DNA of 53,454 nt, the filler included, from Jimgerdemannia flammicorona (Eukaryota): the NCBI GenBank assembly GCA_003990765.1. It is 3 parts of 3 records of this genome, joined end to end, with 100 filler letters (N's around TTAATTAATTAA, not from the genome) between each part and the next. Parts side by side here need not be neighbours in the genome. Positions count along the whole stretch, not along the records: positions 17,854 to 35,604 come from RBNJ01002423.1; positions 35,705 to 53,454 come from RBNJ01002424.1; 1 more part is not named here. One strand, 5' to 3'. Position numbers and translations under genes: made by a program. Shown here piece after piece: positions 23,513-36,257 of this stretch (the first letter of the stretch is position 1; each line of letters starts with the position of its first letter). A model generated the notes under the pieces. That model saw only the letters and a program-made list of their open reading frames with translations, did not search any database and had not been told where the DNA came from.

Positions 23513-25064
23513 TTGAGATTCTCTATAAGAAGTATAAGATCCAGCACATTCAGACTACAGCCTATCACCCTCAAGGAAATGGATAAGCAGAAAGGACCAA
23601 CAAGACTCTCAAGAATGTTATTGCCAAGATCTGTGATAACTATGAAAACTGAGATCACTATCTGCCAATAGCATTATCTGCTCTCCGAGATATCAGATCA
23701 CAAAGTACCCACTTTACCTCTCGAGAAATGCTGTTTGGAGAAGAAAGTTCTCAAAAAAACCCTATCATCTAATGGGGATGCTGTATGGAAACATGTGGAT
23801 AGAAAAATATGGAGACTACACCAAATCAGGAAGAAGGCTGAGGATTACATAACGAAGGCACAGGCACTATAATGGAAGAATGCGGAAAAAACCCACAAAC
23901 CCCTGGAGATTATCAAGATAGGAGATAAAGTCCTGGTATATCGGAATATAGTAGAAGCCTCATGGTCACAAAAACTGGAGCCCAAGTGGGAAGGACCTTA
24001 CCTTGTACAAGATATAAAAGGAACCACCTTTTGGCTATGAAAACTCTCAGGTACAATTATCCCCACTACCATCCACTGAAACTGACTCAAGAAGTATCAT
24101 AATCAGTCAATGAAGTAATACTGCTGCCCTCAGAATTACTAGTGCGGCCCAGTGAGTCATTGAAAGACAGTAGTGTCCACTGAGCCACCAACAATGGAAG
24201 AATCCTTTGACAGCATCCAGAGTATAGTGCAAACACACTTATTATGAATCTCACATTTCAAGGCCTATCAGAACTGAACTGAGTTCCAGGAATACTTCAA
24301 GTTGGGACAGCTACTGAATTCAAGACTGAAGATGGGAAAAGAAGACTGGATTAGAGAATGTCAGCTCTCCTACACTCAGATCATAATTGCAAAAAGAGTA
24401 CACAAGTTATTCAAAGATGACAAGTCAGCCTTAGCCCATTTCTAAGGAGTAACCCTAGGAGACTTTGAATATGTCAAGAGACAACATTGGAAGAATGTAA
24501 TGATACAAATAACACAGTATAAGGAAATACAAATTGTAGAAGCCTGGGAATTCGAGTGAATAGGATACTCCTGAGACAAATCACCTATTCAGGAGGAAGA
24601 TGTGACAGCTGATCCAAATTAGTAACATGAAACAGGGGAATTAGACATTTGATTATGGTACCTGAATCCGATTCCCAATATAGCTTAGCTTCATAAATAG
24701 CAGCCATATTCCACAAAGTGCAGAAAATTTAATGTTTGCAAAGATTTAGGAGATGTTAGAATCTTTGCAATCAGTGAAATCTTAGCAGATGTTAAAGATT
24801 CAGCACTTGCAAAATGAGCTATTACTTAGCTACCTTATAGTTAGCAAAACTTGTATAAATAACCCAGTATCTTAGAGTGAATAAACCTCAGATCAAAATA
24901 GTTCAAAAGCAAAGAGATAGCAAAGGAACTAGTAAGCCTGTGGGCAGATACACTTCAAACTCACCCACCCCTGTATCCCAAGGACTTTGAGGAGTCAGAG
25001 AAGATCAAGTATTCAAGATACAGAAATCTGATGTACTTTCAAGAGTAAGTATCCACTATGTTAT
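23513..25064 (+). mobile_element. Ty3/Gypsy family D remnant: integrase C-terminus, accessory domain, PPT, 3' LTR
   Basis: HIQTTAYHPQGNG*AERTNKTL and GDKVLV..KLEPKWEGPY (GPY/F) with no chromodomain. PPT AGGAGGAAGA 24591-24600; LTR TGTGACAG.. from 24601 to ~25064. Confidence 0.8.
24110..24559 (+). pseudogene. accessory-family domain, family D, in the integrase frame
   Basis: Hand translation: ..LKKYHNQSMK*..MEESFDSIQ..FQEYFKLGQLL..IIAKRVHKLFKDDKSALAHF*GVTLGDFEYV..WEFE*. Confidence 0.65.
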
Positions 25065-25073
25065 AATATATAT

Positions 25074-26010
25074 TGTAATAGTGACCTCAGAATGATGATA
25101 TTAGCACAGAAGATAGTCTTTCTTATAAGCCACTAGATCAGAAAGAGGTCATATAGCATGACTCACCCAGGCTATAAGATAAGTAATGATGACCAACTGT
25201 GAGTCATTGTGACTACAGTATAGGTATCTTGAGGAATATAAAAAAAGGATCAAGGAACTGCAGTAGCAGCAACTCAACAAGACCCACCAATCCCAAAATG
25301 CTCAAAGACTTATCTCAAATAAAATGCCTGCTGCTCACCAAACCTCAAGGTCAAGAAACCACCAAGACACCTCAGTTGAAGAAAGAATGTTCTAAGACAT
25401 CAGAAGAGCCATGAGAACCCATGCAAGAAGGACTCCTAGCCTCAACCTAGGTACTAGGGATTCTTATTACTTTATCCTCTACTGCTATAAAATGGAAATA
25501 AGAATCACTATTGCTACCAAATATCTCCAAATATGGCAGGAGTACAAAATAGAAAACCTTCTCTACTGGGAGTTCTCACAGATCAGTCCTCAAGAGTTAC
25601 AAGATACTACTTCTATAGATATATGTAAAACAAGAATAGCTAAGAAGATATATCAGATCTTCAGGCATACACTATAGTTGATCCCCAACTTAGAGTATAC
25701 TAGAGTTATAGACTTCAGAGATCTGTCAGCCTACCATATCAATACACTAGAAGTCAGGGTGGCAACAGAAGCTCAGTCCACTATCACCCTTGATAGTAAT
25801 GAGGTAGTTCTAGTATTCCATCCTCTAGGACAACTCAGATCAATTTCTGTAAGGATTGATCTCTACATTCCAAGGCCCCAGCATCTAGGTCAGACCTCCC
25901 CAAGACTCTACATTTGTTCTCTATTTTGTAGAAAAGAACCTCATATATTGGAGAGTCCTGGATCTCCTCACTCTCCCCACCACTGCCAAACATGATGACA
26001 TCATCAGCAA
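25074..26010 (+). repeat. family A LTR (5' part) with decayed accessory ORF from 25324, interrupted by family C copy 2
   Basis: TGTAATAGTGACC start; WQEYKIENLL..IAKKIYQIFRH..IPNLEY. Confidence 0.85.
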
Positions 26011-28081
26011 TGTAAGCGCACAACCTCCAAGCCACCGAAATTACACGTCACCCTCTGAACAAGCCACTGAAATCACACGTGACCTCCGAACAAATCTGGA
26101 AATCACCTGCTTGATCACGAAGCTGAGTCAAACCGAAGTCACAGTGCATAAAGCTGAGTCAATACGAAGTCATGGAACACAAGATCTACACAAACGGAAC
26201 ATTACCAATCAGGACCAAATGCATATATATATACTGAGCACCAAGACGCATCGAATCAGAGAACCAAAAAACAAATAACAACTACAACTTCCAAACATAC
26301 AAACATGACCACTGAGATCTACAACTGCATCTGCACTGACATTTGGAATGCCATTGTCAACCGAGCCACACCCCCTCTGCCCCTCATGAATATCCATAGC
26401 CTGGCACCCCTCTACTTCGTGGAAGCCCGATGGAACACCCTGAACATACTTAGCGAGGCCCACCGAATAGAACAAATCTCAAGCTACTACCAGATCGGCC
26501 GCCTCTTAGAAGACATAGTTGAACACTACCATGATACAGACATTACCCAGATGTCTCAACACCAGAAGCTCATCGCCCACAAACATCGAGAACTCTTCTA
26601 TGAGTACAACACCTTTATCCCCCGCCTCCGAGTTACTACCAGCGAAATGGTTGCTACCCTGTCTTATGGGCAAATCGATGACATGATATAAGAAATCAAC
26701 CACAAGTACCTCGAGTATGTCGAAACCACAGACAGAACCTTCCCGCACCCTGATGACCACATCCTACAAATGCCTCAAGTCGGATATGCCATGAAGGACG
26801 TCTATGATATAATCTACTTCGATGAAGATGAAGCAGAAGACAATGATCCCTCTGATGCCGACATGACCTCTAGCCAAGGATCTCTGCCAACTCTGATCAC
26901 TCCGCCAACCTTGCCGATGAACCTACAACAGTTCATAACTGCATACGAGACTTATTGGGACAATGACCACTGGCACGAATACCAACCCGCGTTCACCCCT
27001 GATTACTTCAACTACAATGAAGAGACCGGAGAACACAACCTGTACCTCCAGACAACCCTCGAGATTGAACCAACAACGCCACCACCTGAGTACGAGCGAC
27101 TTGAACCACAGCCGCCAGCTTACTATAACCCCGTGACTCATAGTGCTGTAACCTATAGAAGGTATGCAGATAGCGAATCCGATGAAAGTGAAGACAGTAT
27201 ACCCATCCTTCGCCCACCAACACCTTATCCAGCATACGAAACAGATGATGCTATCCTGTGGGATGGAGATGAAGTTTCAATGTATTATTACCTCAGCCAA
27301 CAAGGAGAAGTAATCTGCGAACCATTATTCCTAGACAACTACTTCATCAGAGATGATGCAATCGATAGTGATGTCATCGAGGACTACCCAGATAGTGCCT
27401 AAACCTATAAATAGTCTAGCAGTCATAAGTATAGATAGATTAGCCTTGTACAACGTGACTGTGAACTGACTCAGCAGTCAGACGATCTCTTGACATGTCA
27501 GATCACACTTATACTACGTGACTGCATTCCGACTCAGCAAGGCACTTAGTGCTACATCCATATCTAGCATAGTCCAGATAGCCCCTCACTAGTATAAATA
27601 CCCCCTCCACCAGACCTCAGAATCTCAGACTTGAACAATCCGAACACAACACCTGAGCATTTCCCCACAATATCCCTTCACACAAATACTCCTAGTATAG
27701 CAATATCATGAATAGCAAATAAACCTATTCCATAACCCACAAACCGCTCTTAAGTAAATCCGCTCTCTGTTAGGTCCTACTCTTAACCCCATCACGAAAT
27801 TTCCTAATTGGGTATTGTCTGCAGCGATACGCCAATTCAACTAAGCTGGTCTTAGTTTCTTGAACTTTCTGAAATATGGAAAATCCTGAACATCCAGAAC
27901 TAGTCCAGAAAAGGACTTTGGTTGAGACGTCAACCCAATCTTGAAATCAATAAGTGTAGAGGACGTACTCCATACGAAATTGATCTTGACCATAAGAAAA
28001 TGGTCTTCCAGAATATCCAGAATATCCAGAAAACCCTCCCGGAACTACGTAACGGTCACCCTAAAAAGTAACCCTCTTACA
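26011..28081 (+). repeat. family C 5' LTR (2071 bp)
   Basis: TGTAAG..CTTACA followed by PBS. Confidence 0.95.
26305..27402 (+). pseudogene. LTR-encoded accessory protein, family C copy 2 (one TAA at 26689)
   Basis: ORFs 26305-26691 and 26770-27402 in one frame; acidic Tyr/Pro-rich C-terminal half. Confidence 0.88.
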
Positions 28082-28084
28082 ACT

Positions 28085-28096
28085 TGGTAGCAGCGG
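28085..28096 (+). promoter_or_regulatory. PBS, compatible with initiator Met tRNA
   Basis: TGGTAGCAGCGG 3 nt after the LTR CA. Confidence 0.75.
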
Positions 28097-28199
28097 TTTA
28101 CAATCCAATTCCACTTCAAGACGCTTCCTCACCCTGCTACAAACCCTTCTGCGAATTCCTACAAGTTGGTATAAAGCCCAACCTCTGAACTAGAATTTA

Positions 28200-31100
28200 T
28201 CCTGAACCATCTGACAATCTGAAGAGAATTGAACCTAACATACAAGGACAATTTGACCTCCATACCTGCAACAAGTGGGACAAACTTCATTCTAAGAAAG
28301 AAGTACTCCGGTTAAACCAGCAAATAGGCGAAACCCTATTCACCGAACTCCTTGCACTACACCCAGCAAGTCAAGATGAAGAAGGTCTTATTGAAGCCTT
28401 CTTTACTCTTCTCAACAAGAGTTTTGTCAGCTCCACAAATCCGAGCAACCTAGGACAACCAGTAGCAGTCTTTCTAGCCTTAGTTCCTCACGAAGCCCAA
28501 GCCTCTGTAGCCAAGTGGCTCAACTCTACCGACTTTCACTGCACCAGGACCAAGACCGCATTATACTACCGATTCCAGAACAGCAAGGCCCACCATATTC
28601 TTAAGAAAGAAGCAAGAGAAACCCTTCATCAACTACCTGACCCCGAACCTGAAGCAGGCCCTGCTACAGCCCTACCCGAATCTGAAACCAATACCGAATC
28701 TGAACTTGACTTTGAATTAAGTCCATCTGAAATCAGATATACAACTGATTCTGTCTATTTTGATGCTGAGCAAACCCAATTACATGGGGACCAAACCGAA
28801 GAAGAGGAGGAGTATCTCACCGAATTCAATCCCGGATATACCACCGAAGGAGACACACATCTATCAGGACAGAATACACCTATACAGCAACAAACAGCTA
28901 TCTATCAAGCCCTCACTCCAGATCCACAACTACTACTCCAGCAACTTACACAGACCCAAAGAACCCCATCACACTCTGCACCAGTACCTCAAGTAGTACC
29001 AGTAACACCACTACCAGCAGTCCAACCACCTCCAGTAAACAACATGGCGAACCAACAGATTCTAGACCTCACAGCCCAAGTAGCTATAATGGCAGCAACC
29101 ATTACTGCCTTAGCCGAACAGACCTGACCTACCAAAAATCTGAGCCTACCTACCTTTAATGGTACTGCACAAGAAGTCCAAAGCTTCATTAGTATAGTTG
29201 ATACCAACTTTGAAGCCAATCAATGGACCAATGAGCGAGTTGCTGACCGCATTCTGATAAACAATCAAGACCACACCCTGGAACAACTCTTTGCTACAAC
29301 TACAGCCTATGTCCGCCGAGTTGTTACATTCTTCCGAGGACCTGTCAAAGAATGGTGGCAAACCCTTCCTGAAAAACCCCTCACATGGGATACCCGACCT
29401 GCAGTAGTTGCTCAGAATGCAGCAAACAATGCCCCAGGATATGGAGCCCATCCTGCAGCTCCTGGACTCAAACAACTCATGATTGCTCAATATCGCAGCG
29501 AGACCATGATTGCCGAATCTCAAGTAAAACTCCATAACCTCAAATTTGATGTACATGGCAAGGAAGAATTCGAAACTTTCTGTACAAAACTCGAGTCACT
29601 CCTGAACACTGTTGGCCTAGGATACATTGCCAATGACGAAGCACAAAATGGTACAAGAGCAGACCATTTATTCAATGTCCTGCCTGAATGGCTTACTAGA
29701 AAAATCTGAGAACAAGGCCGCCCAGTTGGTTGCGATCACCAACAATAGTGCCTGGCAAGAATCAAGACCATGGTCAAGCGAATCCTAACAGCTGGACCAA
29801 TTCTGCCCCGAAGGCAATTCAACAACAAGGAAAAGACTTGGACCAAGAAAGAAGAACCCAAGTATGAAGCATCCCAAGCTCCCTCCACATCCACCTCTTG
29901 GACACCCCGAAATCATGAACCCACCCAGCCAAGTACCTTCAAGAAACTTACTGAAGGTGAAAGAAATGAACTTCAAAGAAGTGGAGCATGCTTCTATTGC
30001 CGAAAGACAGGACACATGGCCAGTGCCTGCCCTAACCGAAAACCCCGAACAGCAACACGAGCAACTGTTACCACTCTGTACCACCTCAACAACCTGACCA
30101 CCAGAACACTAGACTTTGTCAAGTTAAGACAAACTGCTAAGGCCCCAATCAAAGGAAGTCAAAAAGCAGCCGGATATGACCTGTATGCAGCCAAAGAAGC
30201 TACAGTTTCCAACTGAGAAGTCAAACAAGTCTATACAGGAATCAGTATCCAAATTCCTGAAGGACATGTTGGAAGAATATGCTGTCGCAGCAGCTTAGTG
30301 CTGAAAGGACTCTCAGTAGAAAGAGGAGTCATTGATGAAGATTATACAGACGAAATCATTGTCCTCATTTGAAACCACAGTTGGACACCCTTCAAGATCC
30401 CTATTGGTTTCTGCATCGCCCAGATCTTATTCGAAAAAATTGAGTCAACTCTGACAGTCAAGGAAGTCCCTGAACTACTACCCACCATTCGAGGATCCAA
30501 AGGATTTGGCTCATCAAACAAAGCCCCAGCCCAACCTACCATGAGCAAAGAAGAACAATTCTACAAGAAGATCGAAGATGGATATGTACCAAGTGGCCGA
30601 TGCCCTCATGGTATTGGAATGTACTCTTCCCGAATGATCGATGATTGCTTCTCTTGTGTCAACGAACTGGCTCAAAGAAGAACCAACAGAAGGAAAGCTC
30701 CTACAACTGAAATCACCAGCATTGGATCAGACAAACTGCTCACCCTTAAGGCTTTTGTCAACAGAGCACCTGTCAAGATTATGATAGACAGTGGTGCCTC
30801 AGGCAACTTCATCAATGAAGAGACAGCCAACAGACTCAAGGTCTTCACCTCCCCAGTACAGCAAACTCAAGCAGTTGCTACAGCTGACGGAACCTCGCAT
30901 GTTATTAGCAAAGAAGTCTGCAATCTACCCTTCCGAATTGGTGACTACCGAGTACATGTTACCCTCTAAATTGTACCACTTCCTGACAATGAAATCATCC
31001 TTGGGACTCCATGGTTAAAACAAGAGAACCCCATGATCGATTGGGTAAACCATTCTCTGACCATCAAGAAAGGACGCCACAACTTCAAACTACAAGGCGA

Positions 31101-34100
31101 GAAGGACCCACTCAACTCTATTGCCCCTGGACCAAAGATCACCCACATCAACAAGCTACAACTCAAGAAATTGGCCAAGAAATGCCCTCTCTTTGCCATC
31201 TCCATCCGACCATCCAAAGGAGAACCTGAGAACTCTGAAGAAGATTTTTCCAAAGTTGACAGCCATATCAGACCACTACTCCAGAAATTCCGAGACATAT
31301 TCCCAAAGAAACTCCCGAAAGGCCTACCTCCCAAACGAGCAGTAGATCATGCCATCAAGACTATCCCAGATGCCAAACCAGCCTTTAAGTCAATCTACCA
31401 CATGTCTCCGAGAGAAATTGATGCACTCAAGAAGGAAATCGACGAACTCTTAGAACAAGGATTTATCAGGCCCAGCGTATCACCCTATAGTGCACCAGTC
31501 CTCTTTGTTGTCAAAAAAGGAGGAGACCTGCGAATGTGCATTGACTACCGTGACCTCAATGAACAGACCATCAAGAACTATTGCCCACTACCGAGGATTG
31601 ATGAAATATTCGATAGACTTACCAACCCACAATTCATGAGCTCTTTTGACCTGCGAAACGGTTACTGGCAAATTGCCATGAAAGAAGAAGACATCTACAA
31701 GACAGCCTTCCGAACTCGCTATGGACACTTTGAGTTCCTGGTTATGCCCTTTGGCTTAACTAATGCCCTAGCAATCTTCCAGACACTGATAAATACCATT
31801 CTGCATCCATACCTGGACAAATTCATTGTTGTCTACATTGACGACATCCTAGTCTTCAGCAAAACCCTGGAGGAACATCTTGAACACCTTGAACTAGTAC
31901 TACTGAAACTCCAAGAAAACAGACTCTTTGCAAAACTCAGCAAGTGCGAATTTCTTCTGAAAGAAATTCAATTCCTTGGACACATTGTCACCCCAAATGG
32001 AATCAAAGTGGACCCCAGCAAAATCTCTGCAATCAAAGATTGGCCCAGACCGAAGAAGCTAAAAGACCTCCAGTCATTCCTGGGATTAGCAAACTATTAC
32101 AGGCGATTTGTTGCCAACTTTGCCAAAATCGCTACCGCTCTCACCCAAATGACCAAGCATAGCAAGAAACAAGAACAACCTTGGACCATGAAACAAGAGA
32201 AAGACTTCAACAATCTTGTAAATTGGGGACCCAAACAAGATACCGCCTTTCAAGCGCTGAAAGATGCCCTGATAACCACACCAGTACTTCAAGCGGCAAA
32301 CCCTGCCCTACCATATGAAGTCACCACTGATGCCTCTGACCTAGCTCTTGGAGCAGTGCTCATGCAAGAAGGACACCCTGTGGCCTATCACTCCCGCAAG
32401 TTCAATGATACCGAAATCAACTACGCAACTCACGAGAAGGAAATGCTAGCCATCATAGACACCCTGATCAAATGGCGACCATACCTAGAAGGAGCACACT
32501 TCACTGTATTGACTGACCACAAGTCATTAGTCAACATCAAGACACAGGCTACCCTTTCTTGAAAGCAAGCCAGATGGATGAAAGTCCTCACCAACTTTGA
32601 CTACGAAATCCAGTACCGCCCTGGTAAGGAAAATATTGTTGCCGATGCAATCTCCAGACCACCAATTGAAGAGGTTATCCAAACTCTGACCCTGGTTACC
32701 AACACTATCATGGAACAAATTATCGCAGCATGTGTTGATGATAAAGAAGCTCAAGCACTCCGAGAAATCCTGAATAATGATAATACTGACAAGCATACCC
32801 AGTACAATTAATACCAACTCAAGGACAATGCTATCTACTACAAGGACAGATTGTATGTTCCAAACAACCGGGACCTCCGAAGGACTATCCTATTCGAATG
32901 TCATGATGCCCCTACAGCTGGATATTTAGGATTTGACAAATGCTATGAAGTTATCTCCCGAAACTTCTATTGGCCCCACATGGCAGATCAGCTCAAAACC
33001 TACATCACTTCCTGTGATGCCTGCCAATGAAACAAGTCCTCAACACTAGCAAAACCCGGCTTACTCCACCCTATTCCAGTACTATCCGCAAATTGGGAAC
33101 AAATCTCTATGGACTTCATTGTACAACTACCCCAAACCAAGAATGGGAAAGATGCAATTGTTGTCTTTGTAGACTATCTCAGCAAACAAGCCCACTTTGT
33201 GCCTACTACCACTATGGCAACAGCACCAGAAATAGCCACACTCTTGTTTGACAACATCTTCCACTATCATGGTCTTCCCAAGATCATTGTTAGTGACTGA
33301 GATCCGAAATTCACCAGCCACTTTTGGAAAGCCCTCCATGCGCACCTTGGAACAAAACTTGCACTATCCACAGCCTTTCACCCTGAAACCGATGGCCAAA
33401 CTGAAAGAATGAACCGAACTCTGGAACAAATTAAGGAACTATGTCTCCTACAGACAAGATGATTGGCATGAACATCTCACCACAGTTGAGTTTGCCTATA
33501 ACAACAGCAAGCAAGCCTCTCTTGGAATGACCCCATTCTTTGCCAATACTGGACAAAATCCAAACACACTGTTGACACTTATCTGAACCACTGAAGAACC
33601 CTCCACAGTCGAAGCTGTTGAAGAATTCTTACTCCGAATGTGCAATTTAAGCCAGATTGCCATCGAGAATTTATTGTGAGCACAAGAACAACAGTCACAG
33701 TATATTAACCAACACTGCCGAGAAGAAACCTTTGATATTGGAGAAAAAGTTCTACTGGACATCAGAGGATACCGAGTTGACAACCTCAAGCATAGACCAT
33801 CTACAAAGCTGAACAGCAAGTTCATTGGACCATTCGAAGTTATTGCACAAGTCTCTCCAACCTCCTACAAACTGGCGCTACCAGACACCATTAAGATTCA
33901 CCCAGTCTTTAATGTTCAACATCTCAAGCAATACAATGACAATAATGATGAGCTATTTCCAAACCGGACCACCGAACCACCTGCACCTGTCATTATTAAT
34001 GACCAAGAAGAATATGAAGTTGAACAAATCCTCAACAAACGTGGCAATAAGAACCATCCTGAGTACCTTGTCAAATGGAAAGGTTACCCAATCCACGATG

Positions 34101-34174
34101 CAACCTGGGAACCCAAGACCAATCTTCAGAATGCTACCGACCTAGTTCAGAAATATGATTCCTTGAACAACTAG
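28200..34174 (+). pseudogene. gag-dUTPase-pol polyprotein of family C
   Basis: Gag homologous to B (NGTRADHLFNVLPEWLTRKI vs NGTRANHLFAALPDWLTKKI). Start approximate; scattered stops and a frameshift near 33430. Confidence 0.9.
30109..30516 (+). other. dUTPase domain between Gag and protease (family C)
   Basis: APIKGSQKAAGYDL..YTGISI..RSSL..GVIDEDYTDEI..IAQ..RGSKGFGSS. Confidence 0.92.
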
Positions 34175-34889
34175 AACCAAATACTCTGCACCTATCCATA
34201 CATACTATATATTACCCTCCTGAACATTATAACTATCATGAACCAAATCAAGAACTCAGCAAAACAAGACAAGAATACCGACCCTCTGGAAAAATAGCAA
34301 AACTGAAAGCAAGCCTATTCTCCCTATACCACTGGTGGGAAACAAGGCATAGACATTTAAGAAGATTCCTTAGAGGAAATTCTCCAGCAGTGAACGACAT
34401 CAGAATCACTTCTGGCATACGGCATTGAACACACAACCCTTTAACATGTGAATCCAATACATTAGGCAACTGTACTACAAGCATGCCACTTTCTGAGAAA
34501 ATGGACCTTACCAGACTTTTGATCTTCCAAACAGTGTAACAACACTAGAACAAATTAGAAGGCCTCGACGAGGACGTCGAAAGCTAAGAAGGGGAGAGTT
34601 GTAAGTGCACAACCTCCAAGCTATCGAAATTACACATCACCCTCTGAACAAGCCACTGAAATCACATGTGACCTCTGAACAAATCTGGAAATCACCTGCT
34701 TGATCATGAAGCTGAGTCAAACCGAAGTCACAGTGCACAAAGCTGAGTCAATACGAAGTCACGGAACACAAGATCTACACAAACGGAACATTACCAATCA
34801 GGACCAAATGTATATATACTGAGCACCGAGACGCGTCAAATCAGAGAACCAAAAAACAAACAACAACCACAACTTCCAAACACACAAAC

Positions 34890-35604
34890 ATGACCACTGA
34901 GATCTACAACCGCATCCGCGCTGACATTTGGAATGCTATTGTCAACCGAGCCACACCCCCTCTGCCCCTCATGAATATCCATAGCCTGGCACCCCTCTAC
35001 TTCATGGAAGCCCGATGGAATGCCCTAAACATGCTTAGCAAGGCCCACCGAATAGGACAAATCTCAAGCTACTACCAGATCGGCCACCTCTTAGAAGACA
35101 TGGTTGAACACCACCACGATACAGACATTACCCAGATGTCTCAACACCAGAAGCTCATCGCCCACAAACATCGAGAACTCTTCTATGAGTACAATACCTT
35201 TATCCCCCGCCTCCGAGTTACTACTAGCGAAATGGTTGCTACCCTGTCTTATGGGCAAATCGATGACATGATACAAGAAATCAACCACAAGTACCTCGAG
35301 TATATCGAAACCACAGACAGAACCTTTCTGCACCCTGATGACTACATCCTGCAAATGCCTCAAGTCGGATATGCCATGAAGGACATCTATGATATAATCC
35401 ACTTCGATGAAGATGAAGCAGAAGATAATAATCCCTCTGATGCTGACATGACCTCTAGCCAAGGATCTCTGCCAACCCTGATCACTCCGCCAACCTTGCC
35501 GATGAACCTACAACAGTTCATAACTGCATACGAGACTTATTGGGACAATGACCACTGGCACGAATACCAACCCGCGTTCACCCCTGATTACTTCAACTAC
35601 AATG
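34890..35604 (+). CDS. LTR-encoded accessory protein, family C copy 3 (open until gap)
   Basis: No stop in ~238 codons before the gap. Confidence 0.85.
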
Positions 35605-35704
35605 NNNNNNNNNNNNNNNNNNNNNNNNNNNNNNNNNNNNNNNNNNNNTTAATTAATTAANNNNNNNNNNNNNNNNNNNNNNNNNNNNNNNNNNNNNNNN
35701 NNNN
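35605..35704. other. assembly gap / contig linker
   Basis: 44 N + TTAATTAATTAA + 44 N. Confidence 0.97.
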
Positions 35705-36257
35705 GTTTTATATATTTTTTTTTTTTTTTTATAGTTGCTCGGACATGGACACATGCTATTCACAAACAACCATAAAAGGGTACCATGCGTGCAAATGAAA
35801 CCTATACCCATGTTGTTTCTATAACAGTACTTAGCCCCACTGTAGCAATGAACTTAGACGAGCGAAGTGGCAATAAAAATGAGAAAAATAGAATGGCAAC
35901 AATGAATGCAAAATTTACATCTCACCACAGCATATATTGTAACCAAGCCCTTGTTTTGAATTCTTGTTTTCAGCTCTTGTTTTATCACCATGAAAGGGAG
36001 ATCTGAATGTCAGGTGTTTGGTCATCACAAAATCACCACAAACAGGTTTGCCAAGAAGAAACCACTGCCATTGTGATGAATAATCACTGAATAATCACCA
36101 GTGAGAAGAAACCACTGCCTTCACTTGGTCAATGTGCCTATTTACATACTTGCTATTTGTGGGGTTTTTGTATGCAAACCCGAAGCTCTCTTTACACGGG
36201 GTTTGTAGTCAAAGTCTCTATGACTAGAGCCTGATCTCCTGGCCAGTGAAAGTCTCT

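Larger units (their letters stand above)
26011..35604 (+). mobile_element. Ty3/Gypsy chromovirus family C, copy 2 (near full length; 3' LTR cut by gap)
   Basis: LTR 26011-28081, PBS, gag (CFYCRKTGHMASAC), dUTPase, PR (MIDSGA), RT-RH ORF 31033-32562, IN, chromodomain to stop 34174, PPT, LTR from 34600. Confidence 0.96.
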
